64,000 nt of DNA. Source: Chloroflexota bacterium (GTDB taxonomy: Bacteria > Chloroflexota > Dehalococcoidia > Lucifugimonadales > UBA3495). The translations under genes were made by a program, and so were the position numbers. Below the pieces are notes generated by a model, which was not told where the DNA came from, searched no databases, and worked only from the letters and a program-made list of their open reading frames with translations. Below, one piece after another: positions 18,474 to 26,509 of this stretch (the first letter of the stretch is position 1; each line of letters starts with the position of its first letter). The DNA lies in assembly GCA_027623675.1 (NCBI GenBank), contig JAQBVF010000011.1:1-64000 (forward strand). Reading direction: 5' to 3'.

Positions 18474-19706
18474 TTGAAAGCAGAGATCATTGGCATCGGC
18501 ACCGAACTGTTGATGGGTGAGTTGACTGACACCAACTCGGCATGGATCGCCAGCCGCCTGCCAGCTTTGGGCATCCAACTCCAGTGGGTTTCCATCGTCG
18601 GCGACGACCTGCCCATGCTGACCGAAGCTTTCAAAAGTGGGATGAAGCGCTCCGATATCATCTTCACCACCGGCGGCCTGGGTCCAACTCAAGACGACCT
18701 TACCAGAGAGGCCATCGCCGCCGCCTTCGGTGAGACGCCGACGGTGCAGCCGGAAGTGGTCGAGGACCTGGAGCGTTATTTCGCCGCCCGCGGCACGCCC
18801 ATGCCCCAGCACAACATCAAGCAGGCCAACCTGATCCCCTCCGCCCGCTTCGTGCCCAACCGCAACGGCACCGCCCCCGGCTGGTGGGCCGAGCGCGACG
18901 GCAAGATCATCATCTGCATGCCCGGCCCCCCCTCTGAGAACCATTCCATGTGGCAAGAGCAGATCGAACCGCAGTTGGCCGAATTGATCGAAGATGAAGT
19001 TACCATCACCCGCAACATCAAGACCATGGGCATGTCGGAAGGCGCCGTGGATGAGGTCATCTCCGAGTTCTTCGGTGTGGAGAATCCCTACCTGGGTATC
19101 TACTCCAAGGCCGACGGCATCCATCTGAGAGTGATTGCGCGGGCCAAGAGCAGCGAGTCGGCCCGGGCCATGATTGCCCCGGTTGAACTGGCCATCCACG
19201 ACCGGTTGGGCGAATACGTTTGGGGCTACGACGACGAGACGCCGGAACAGGCGGCGGGCAAGTCGCTCCTGGCGAAGGGCTTGAGTCTCGCTGTGATGGA
19301 GACGTGCACCGGCGGCGCGCTAACCAATAGCATCACCAACGTGCCAGAGAGCATCAGCTACTTCAAGGGCGGGCTGGTGGCCTACGACGGCGCGGCCTTG
19401 CGGGCCATCGGCGTACCCGCCGCGGTTTTGGACAACCATGGGGTCGTCAGCCAACAGACGGCCAACGCCATGGCTGAGGCGGTCCGCCGCAATCTGAACG
19501 CAGACCTGGGCGTGGGGCTAAGCGGAGTTACCGGACCCGGCGAGTTGGAAGGGAAGCCCCTGGGCCTGGCCTATATCTCGGTAACCAACGGAAAGCGGTC
19601 CCGCGAGATGGAGATGCGCCTGCCACCCCGGCAAGTCACCATCAAACGCCGCGTACCCAACCAAGCTCTGATCGAGCTACGCCGCCTGATAGAAGAGATC
19701 AGTTAG
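18474..19706 (+). CDS. cinA: CinA family protein (MocF/COG1058 domain plus PncC-like domain)
   Basis: IG.ELL.G...DTN, VGDD, TGGLGPT.DD.T, G.APG, and C-terminal E.CTGG. Confidence 0.9.
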   Translation: MKAEIIGIGTELLMGELTDTNSAWIASRLPALGIQLQWVSIVGDDLPMLTEAFKSGMKRSDIIFTTGGLGPTQDDLTREAIAAAFGETPTVQPEVVEDLERYFAARGTPMPQHNIKQANLIPSARFVPNRNGTAPGWWAERDGKIIICMPGPPSENHSMWQEQIEPQLAELIEDEVTITRNIKTMGMSEGAVDEVISEFFGVENPYLGIYSKADGIHLRVIARAKSSESARAMIAPVELAIHDRLGEYVWGYDDETPEQAAGKSLLAKGLSLAVMETCTGGALTNSITNVPESISYFKGGLVAYDGAALRAIGVPAAVLDNHGVVSQQTANAMAEAVRRNLNADLGVGLSGVTGPGELEGKPLGLAYISVTNGKRSREMEMRLPPRQVTIKRRVPNQALIELRRLIEEIS

Positions 19707-19742
19707 AAGAGATCAGTTAACCGCCCACGGCCACGGAATCAG

Positions 19743-19778
19743 AAAGAGGGCCTCTGCGGTTAGAGGCCCTCTTTTTTT
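19743..19778. terminator. Intrinsic terminator between convergent cinA and VWA genes
   Basis: AAAGAGGGCCTCT-6 nt loop-AGAGGCCCTCTTT followed by further Ts. Confidence 0.88.
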
Positions 19779-19848
19779 GTAGATCCTAGATTGTAAATCC
19801 CAGCCGCCGCCCGCTAATGGCTGATGGCTGGATGCTCTCAGGCGCCTG

Positions 19849-22800
19849 TTACTGGCGGATCGCCGTCAATTGCCGGTACAACATGGGCAGCCGCTCCGGC
19901 AGCGACCAGATGTCGGCCAGAACCTCGTAGCCCATGTCCCCGCACATGCTCTTCAGGTAGTCGTGCCCCTGCTTGTCCACGGTGAGACAGAACGGGATGA
20001 TGTCCTTGCGTTTGGCCTCAACCAAGGCCATGTGAGTGTCGTGAACAGCGTACTCTTTCTCCACGCCCTCACGGCTGTAACCCCGGTCCTGAGGCCGGCC
20101 GTCACTGATCAGGAACATGATCTTGGTCCTGGCGTCCTGGTTCTCCAGCTTGGTGGTGCAGTGGCGGATGGCAGCGCCCATGCGGGTGGCATGCAGCGGC
20201 GTGACCTTGTCGATGCGCCGCTTGACCTTGTCGCTGAACGCCTCGTTGATGTCCTTGATGACGTAGAACTCCACGTTTTCCCGTCCGTAGCCGGAGAATC
20301 CGTAGATCCCATAGGTGTCGCCGATCGACTCAAGGGCGTTGATCAAGAGGGTCGTGCCCTCCTTCTCCAGGTCGATGATCCGCTTGTAGTTCCGGCGGAC
20401 CAAGCCTTCCCGGCGGCGGCGCAGCCAGACCATGTATTCCACCGGGTCATCGGGCGCGTCCCGGTCGTCCACCGTCTGGCGTCCTTCATCGATAGCCTCG
20501 GCGGTCGAAGCGCTCATGTCCAGCAGGAAGACCACGGCCACCTCGCGGTGGTTCCGGTTCCGGTGCCAGTAGATCTTTTCGTCGGGCGGAACGCCCATCT
20601 TAAGGTCCATCCAGGCTTCCAGGGCCGCGTTCAGGTCGATATCTTCGCCGTCCACCAGCCGGTAGGTCTTGCGCATGCTCTCAGGCATGATCAGCTCGAA
20701 CTGGCGGCGGATGTGATTGGACAGCGCCGAATAGGTCTTCAGCGATTCCTGGTAGAAGCTGACGTCGCCCTCTTCCACCGTTTTCTCTTTTACGATGCAC
20801 CAGCGGGGTTTGTAGTCGTTGGCCCTGAAATCCCATTCATCGTACACGTAGGTTGCCGGCTCACGGGCCTCCAGTTCGCCTCCGCTGTCATCATCGTGCA
20901 GCAGCGGTCCGTAGCCCTCTCCCGGCTCGGAATTGGGCGGGGGAGTGCCGGCTTCCTTCATGATGTTCTGGGCGAAGGCGCTCATGTTCTCGTCAATGTC
21001 GCCCTGCTCGGCGTCCAACTCCAACTCCGGACTCTCCTGAAGCAATTGCTCCAGCATCTCCTGAGTCATGGGTTGGGCGTCGCCTTCCTCGCCGTTGTCC
21101 GCCTGCAGCTTGGTCATCAATTGGACCATCTCAGGCTTGAAATCGCCCCGGTAGTCCACCGGGTCGGGCGACTCATATGATTCGCCGTCACCGGCTTCGG
21201 CTGAGGCGTCCATCCCGGCCTGCAATTGGTCAATCAAGGACTCGTAGTCCTCTTCGGAGAAATCACCCGGCTCCTCCAGGTCCTGCTCCTCGAACTGGTC
21301 TTCCTCCTCCTGCTGGTTGGGCACCCGGGAGATGACCTCGTAGGCTCGGAGGGTCGCCTCCGACGTGTCTTCCACGTTGGCCTCGGCGTTGCGAAGCTCG
21401 TGGAGGATGCTGGACAGCATCTCGGCGGCTTCCTCGTACTCTTTAGCCACTGGCAGGTTCTGGAATTGGTCCAAGCTCATGTGAATCAGAAGTTCAACCA
21501 AGCCCTGCTGCAACGGCATGTCCTCGATCCTCGGCCGGTTGACCAGGGTCTCGGTTTGCACGCGGGAGGACGAGGCGCGTATGCCTGGGTATTCAACCTT
21601 GATGCGGTAGTCCAGGCGGCAGTCTTCAAGGACGGTAAATATGTCGAAGGCCAAACGGCTATTCTCGAATATGTCCAGGAAGCGGCCGATATCGGTGAAC
21701 GTTCTGTTGCTGCCCATGTCGTTGGGGTCAACGTAGTCGGCCGACATATCGACGTCGCCTTCCGCTCCCGAAGCCAGTAATTTGGCGGCCATCTCGTACG
21801 ACTCGCGGGTGGCCGCCCGCTCCAGACCTTTGCGTTCGTTGGCCGCCTCTTCCATGGCGTGGCGGCGGTCTTCGAACTGAGCGGCTACATTCTCGAATTG
21901 GTACTCGAAGCTGCCGAATTCCAGGTGGGCCACCTGATGGGTGGACACAACCTTGAACCAAGCGAAGTTGTCCTGCTTGTTGGGGTAGTGGTCCACCACC
22001 GACGGCAAGAACACCTTGGAGCCGTCGGTGGATGCCAGGTCTTCGTCAACCCAGCCGATGTTACGTTGCACCAGTTCTTGGGTGTTGTATATCTCCAGCG
22101 GGGTTCCGGAAAGCGCCCGGCAGTACAAACGCAGGATGCCTTTCACCCGGTCCAGTTCCAGACTGGAAGACAGAGTTTCCAACATGGCTTCTGAAGTGTT
22201 GGACTCAATCTTGAAGAAGGCGATACCGCTTTCCGGGTTTTCTTGGAGCAGCTTGACCCCGTGTTGGAACCAGGTGTCCAGTTGGCTGACGGTGATGCGG
22301 TTGAGCACGTCGTCCAGACTGCGCAGGAAGGGCGGCACGGCGTCGGGAGTGATCACCACCAGCCCATCGCACAGGTCCAAGATGTAACCCTGGGAGCCTT
22401 GCGGCACCTTGCTCAGCGCCTGAGTGCCGTCGGCCAGGAACCGGGACGTATCCCGGAGACCTACCTTGGCCAATCTTTCCCCCAGCTTGAGGAACCGGCC
22501 AGTCTGGCTTTCATCCACCTGTTGCAGCGCCCGCGGGACCAGCTCCAGGCAGGTCTTGACCTCCCGCCAACTGGTGTCGATCAGCGCGCGCGACATGGCC
22601 AAGAACGGCTCGCGTTCCCGGCCCATTGCGGGCAAAACATCGCGGCCCAAGACCAGGCACTCGCCCGCAACGTCGTAGGACTTGAAGGACAAAGCCTCGA
22701 TCAGTGACGCAAAGACCTCCACGTCCCAGAAGGGCAGATTCCGGACCAGGTCCGGGCTGACCTCGAAGAATTTAGCGGCCAGGGTGCTGGATTTCCAGGT

Positions 22801-23190
22801 GCCCTTGTAGAGACTGCGGCCCAGGCCCGCCCAGCGCGGGATGTATTGGGGCCGTAGGTTGGGGACGATGGAGACGCTGGATTTGAAGAAGGCCACCGCC
22901 AGGGTGGGCGAATCTTGGGCCAGGTAGGTGCCGCAGCGGGCCCACTGCATGAATGACGGGAAGGACAGGAACTTGCTGACTTCGGGGCTGACCTGGTAGT
23001 ACTCGATGGCCGATTCCCATGACCGCACCGTCTGGGTGCCGATGGTTAGGCCCTCTTTGGCCCAGAGGTTAATCTCCTCTTCGCCAAAGGACTCTTTCAC
23101 CGTTTCGTTCGCCGCGCGATAGGCTTCCAGTACTGCCGGCGGCAGTTTAGCCAGTTCGCTTTCTATCTCGGAGATTGGATCGTTAGTCAC
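19849..23190 (-). CDS. Large VWA-domain protein, CbbO/NorD-like, with long N-terminal extension
   Basis: C-terminal MIDAS (LLDMSAST, TRMG.AIRH, SDGRP); Y.EWD....Y...WC motif; TDG..V.LP, HQVAH and ED.R region. Confidence 0.85.
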   Translation of the reverse strand: MTNDPISEIESELAKLPPAVLEAYRAANETVKESFGEEEINLWAKEGLTIGTQTVRSWESAIEYYQVSPEVSKFLSFPSFMQWARCGTYLAQDSPTLAVAFFKSSVSIVPNLRPQYIPRWAGLGRSLYKGTWKSSTLAAKFFEVSPDLVRNLPFWDVEVFASLIEALSFKSYDVAGECLVLGRDVLPAMGREREPFLAMSRALIDTSWREVKTCLELVPRALQQVDESQTGRFLKLGERLAKVGLRDTSRFLADGTQALSKVPQGSQGYILDLCDGLVVITPDAVPPFLRSLDDVLNRITVSQLDTWFQHGVKLLQENPESGIAFFKIESNTSEAMLETLSSSLELDRVKGILRLYCRALSGTPLEIYNTQELVQRNIGWVDEDLASTDGSKVFLPSVVDHYPNKQDNFAWFKVVSTHQVAHLEFGSFEYQFENVAAQFEDRRHAMEEAANERKGLERAATRESYEMAAKLLASGAEGDVDMSADYVDPNDMGSNRTFTDIGRFLDIFENSRLAFDIFTVLEDCRLDYRIKVEYPGIRASSSRVQTETLVNRPRIEDMPLQQGLVELLIHMSLDQFQNLPVAKEYEEAAEMLSSILHELRNAEANVEDTSEATLRAYEVISRVPNQQEEEDQFEEQDLEEPGDFSEEDYESLIDQLQAGMDASAEAGDGESYESPDPVDYRGDFKPEMVQLMTKLQADNGEEGDAQPMTQEMLEQLLQESPELELDAEQGDIDENMSAFAQNIMKEAGTPPPNSEPGEGYGPLLHDDDSGGELEAREPATYVYDEWDFRANDYKPRWCIVKEKTVEEGDVSFYQESLKTYSALSNHIRRQFELIMPESMRKTYRLVDGEDIDLNAALEAWMDLKMGVPPDEKIYWHRNRNHREVAVVFLLDMSASTAEAIDEGRQTVDDRDAPDDPVEYMVWLRRRREGLVRRNYKRIIDLEKEGTTLLINALESIGDTYGIYGFSGYGRENVEFYVIKDINEAFSDKVKRRIDKVTPLHATRMGAAIRHCTTKLENQDARTKIMFLISDGRPQDRGYSREGVEKEYAVHDTHMALVEAKRKDIIPFCLTVDKQGHDYLKSMCGDMGYEVLADIWSLPERLPMLYRQLTAIRQ

Positions 23191-23208
23191 CTTGGCGTCC
23201 CTCGCTTT

Positions 23209-23778
23209 CTAGTCGCTGTCTAGAATGTCGATGCATGATGTGAGGATCCTGGCGGTCGCGCCGAAGACGATATGCTCTTCATGGACATAGGAGTAAGAGG
23301 TCTCCGCTTGTCCGTCATGCCAGCGCGTGTCCAGCCGGCGGTTGGCCGGGTCGATCAGCGCGGAAACGGGAATCTCCAGCACCTCGGCAATCTCGATGGC
23401 GCTGGGTTTGAACGGGTAGGGATATTCTATTGTGCCAGTGAAAACCTGAACCCTGAACCCGCTGCGGGTGACGGCTTCATCCATCTCACCCAGAATGGTG
23501 ATGTCGCCCCGCCTGATCCCCATCTCTTCTTCGGTCTCGCGGAGAGCCGTCTCCAGTGAATCGCGGTCTTCCGGGTCTCTAGCGCCGCCGGGGAAAGAAA
23601 TCTCTCCCTTGTGGTGCTCAACTTCATCCGACCGCTTATTCAATAGGATACAGTATTCGCCGTCCTTGGGGTAAAGGAGAATCATAACGGCTGACGGAAT
23701 CAATCCGGACCCATCCACCCTTTCTACGGCGCGCTCCACCAAAGCGCGTCGCATCAACTCTGGCGGCGTGTCATCCAT
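23209..23778 (-). CDS. Nudix hydrolase, CoA pyrophosphatase-like (NudL/PCD1 family)
   Basis: LL.KRS....H.GEISFPGG, ALRETEEEMG Nudix box, IFGATA.IL. Confidence 0.85.
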   Translation of the reverse strand: MDDTPPELMRRALVERAVERVDGSGLIPSAVMILLYPKDGEYCILLNKRSDEVEHHKGEISFPGGARDPEDRDSLETALRETEEEMGIRRGDITILGEMDEAVTRSGFRVQVFTGTIEYPYPFKPSAIEIAEVLEIPVSALIDPANRRLDTRWHDGQAETSYSYVHEEHIVFGATARILTSCIDILDSD

Positions 23779-23826
23779 GAGTGCCCATTTGAAGCCCGCC
23801 TGATGGCGTCTCGCTCATCCCGGCTC

Positions 23827-24729
23827 TTATTCGAAGATAGAAGACGAAACTTCCTCGACGCTGCGTTGCAGTTCAGGGTCGTCGGTCAGGGTCCAGACGA
23901 TGGCAACCTGCGCGGCGCGGCGCGGGGAGATGCCCTCTGACATCAAGCGACCGGCGTAAATCAGCAAACGAGTGCTGGCACCCTCCTGCAGGCCGTGGTC
24001 TTCCAGGTTCCGTATCTTCTCACCCAGTTTGGCCAAAGCGTCGGCATGCTCTTTGGTGCAACCGCTTTCCCGCTGGATGATCTCGGTTTCTATGTGTGCC
24101 GGCGGGTAATAGAACTCGATGGAGATGAACCGCTGGCGGGTGCTGTGCTTCAGGTCTTTCAGCGCGCTCTGGTATCCGGGGTTATAGGAGACGCAGAGAA
24201 GGAAGCGGTCGTCGGCTTCAATGATTGAACCCGTCTTCTCCACGGGCAGGATGCGCCGGTGGTCGGTCAGGGGGTGAATCAACACCGTGGTGTCTTTCCG
24301 CGCCTCAACCACCTCGTCCAGGTAGAGTATGGCCCCGGCCTTGACGGCCCTGGTCATGGGACCGTCGATCCAGCGGGTGCCGTTGGCGTCCAGTAGATAC
24401 CGGCCCACCAGGTCGCTGGCCGTAAGGTCTTCATGGCAGGCGATGGTGACGAGAGGCACGCGCACCTCGCCGTCCTTTAATACATCGGCCTTGGCTCCCT
24501 TGTCTTCTTTGACCACGGCGAGAGGACGGCCCAATTGCCAAGCCATGAACTCAACAAACCTGGTCTTACCGCAGCCGGTCGGCCCCTTCAACAAGACGGG
24601 AATGTGCTGGCGGTAAGCGGCGGTGAACAGCTCAATCTCATCACCAACCGGCCGGTAATAGGGCTCGTCCCTAACCAGGAATTCTTCGATTGCGTACTCT
24701 GTGTAGTGTGACTCTGCCGCTTCAACCAT
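23827..24729 (-). CDS. CbbQ/NirQ/NorQ-family MoxR AAA+ ATPase
   Basis: PYY.P.G.E...F..A, LKGPTGCGKTRFVE, CHEDLTASDLVGR, LDEVVEAR.DT and SYNPGYQ...KDLK.STRQRF. Confidence 0.92.
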   Translation of the reverse strand: MVEAAESHYTEYAIEEFLVRDEPYYRPVGDEIELFTAAYRQHIPVLLKGPTGCGKTRFVEFMAWQLGRPLAVVKEDKGAKADVLKDGEVRVPLVTIACHEDLTASDLVGRYLLDANGTRWIDGPMTRAVKAGAILYLDEVVEARKDTTVLIHPLTDHRRILPVEKTGSIIEADDRFLLCVSYNPGYQSALKDLKHSTRQRFISIEFYYPPAHIETEIIQRESGCTKEHADALAKLGEKIRNLEDHGLQEGASTRLLIYAGRLMSEGISPRRAAQVAIVWTLTDDPELQRSVEEVSSSIFE

Positions 24730-25339
24730 TAGGTTTTCCGATCCTTATCTCAACTCTGGTATCCCACAACTCTTTGATGGCCCTTTTTAGACCGGCCACG
24801 TCCCCCGAGTTGTCAATAACGAAGTCCGATCTCCCCAGCCGCTCATCGCGGCCCATCTGGGATGATATCCGTTTGCGCGCTTCCTCTTCAGAGAGGCCGT
24901 TGCGCTCTTGCAACCGTTGGATGACCGCTTCTTCCGGGGAATCGGTGACCCACACTTCTTCAACCAATGAATCCCATCCGGCCTCAAAAAGCAGGGCCGC
25001 TTCCAGCACCACCACGTCCACGCCTTGGCCGCGCAGGACTTCAATCTTGTCCGAAACCATTCGCGCCATCCGCGGGTGCATGATTTCGTTCAATTTTTCC
25101 AGTTGGCTGGGGTCGGAGAACACTATGGCGCCCAGTTTGCGCCGGTCGATCTCTCCGTCTTCCTGCAAGATGCCATCGCCAAAAGCGGCGACAACCTGCT
25201 CCCAAGCTTCGGTGTTGGGGGTATAGGCCTCATGGCCCACTTGGTCGGCGCTGATGATTGACGCTCCCAGCGCCTCAAGATGCCGGGCTGCTTCGCTCTT
25301 GCCGGTGCCGATGCTGCCCGTTAACCCAATAACCAACAT
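24722..25339 (-). CDS. coaE: Dephospho-CoA kinase
   Basis: IGLTGSIGTGKS, IDR..LG.IVF, L..I.HP, LLFEAG and RI.SQ. Confidence 0.93.
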   Translation of the reverse strand: MLVIGLTGSIGTGKSEAARHLEALGASIISADQVGHEAYTPNTEAWEQVVAAFGDGILQEDGEIDRRKLGAIVFSDPSQLEKLNEIMHPRMARMVSDKIEVLRGQGVDVVVLEAALLFEAGWDSLVEEVWVTDSPEEAVIQRLQERNGLSEEEARKRISSQMGRDERLGRSDFVIDNSGDVAGLKRAIKELWDTRVEIRIGKPNG

Positions 25340-25433
25340 TTATCTATCTGGACTCTATATTGTAGCCTGCCGCCGGGTACCCGTCTAGGATGCTGTTTGA
25401 GCAAGCTCCCATAGGCTTGGGATGCGCCGAGCC

Positions 25434-25462
25434 ATTCTACCAATGCGGCTGCGCCTGGTCAA
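25434..25462 (-). promoter_or_regulatory. Sigma70-type promoter for the coaE-cbbQ-Nudix-VWA operon
   Basis: Minus strand TTGACC-N17-TAGAAT with extended -10 TG. Confidence 0.65.
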
Positions 25463-25618
25463 CTTGATCGCACCCGGTTGCCAGTCAGTGTTCGTGTTCG
25501 TTTTACCCCTCTTGATGGGGCTTTCCCACGGCCTGCGCCGCGACCCCGGGCCAGGACCGTTATGTTAATCATAACCCCATTCCGCCCGGCGCGCAGGCTC
25601 TAACCCAGTGATCCCTGC

Positions 25619-26308
25619 TCAGTATTCGCTGATGGACATTCGGCCCCAGCGCGCCTGATAGGTCGATTGGAGTACGGCGAACTGCGCCGCATACTCTTCG
25701 GTATCGATGGGCGTGGTGGTCATGATCACCGCGTCTTCGCGGTTGTCGGAATAATACGCCTTGCGGATCCCCACGGACTTAAAGCTGTATTTCTGGTACA
25801 GGCGGTGGGCGATGAAGTTAGACACCCTGGCCTCCAGGGTCATCACCTTGGAGCCGTATTCGATGGCCGCCTTGAGCGAGCCGATGAGGAGCAACTCTCC
25901 CACGCCACGGCTGCGGAACGTTTCTTTGACGGCTATCTCGGTGATGTGGGCTTCTTCGCCCTGATACCAAACGCTGACGTATCCGGCGATGTTGAACGCG
26001 CCGTCTTCAGCAACGGTCCCATTATCCGAAGATAACCCCAACCGCCCGATCACGCGCGACCATATCCCCAGAGGCCGCCGGCCGGCTTCTTCGTCCGGTC
26101 CGTCGGATCCGATCTCGGCCAGTATCTCTTCGGGGGATACGTCATCATCGAAGCACGCCACCAGGTAACTGGCGCGTTTGTTGTTCAGGTCTCGCTTGAA
26201 AGAGGCACTGACCCACAGGGGCGAGAATGCTTCTTTCTCGATGGCGACGACCTCATCGATGTCTTCTGTTTGGAGCCGCCGTACCGAAACAGGTAAAGGT
26301 TCTTGCAA
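25619..26308 (-). CDS. rimI: Ribosomal protein N-acetyltransferase RimI-like
   Basis: IEKEAF..W, EAHITEIAV...R.RG.G, LE.R.SN..A..LY.KY.F...GIRK.YY.DN.EDA; start uncertain (TTG 26308 chosen). Confidence 0.85.
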   Translation of the reverse strand: MQEPLPVSVRRLQTEDIDEVVAIEKEAFSPLWVSASFKRDLNNKRASYLVACFDDDVSPEEILAEIGSDGPDEEAGRRPLGIWSRVIGRLGLSSDNGTVAEDGAFNIAGYVSVWYQGEEAHITEIAVKETFRSRGVGELLLIGSLKAAIEYGSKVMTLEARVSNFIAHRLYQKYSFKSVGIRKAYYSDNREDAVIMTTTPIDTEEYAAQFAVLQSTYQARWGRMSISEY

Positions 26309-26509
26309 TTTGACCACGCTTCGGGCTTGAGCCGTTTTATTGGATGACCAGTTCACGGTTCCCGGTGAAAAAGCCTTTGGACTGATCGAAGCGGTGACCA
26401 GCCATGCGTTGCCGATTTTAACATAATCGGTCGTTCCCGTAGTCATAGCCCAGGGCGATTTTGCCTATAAACTGGAGATCTGATTCTTATATCCCAGGTA
26501 GGCAAGCAA

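Noticed and set aside
23827..24729. Carbon fixation or denitrification inferred from cbbQ/norQ
   Set aside because: No Rubisco or NO reductase genes in the window; the ATPase alone does not establish the pathway.
25560..25570. TTATGTTAATC resembling the XerD arm of dif
   Set aside because: No XerC-like arm at the required 6-bp spacing.
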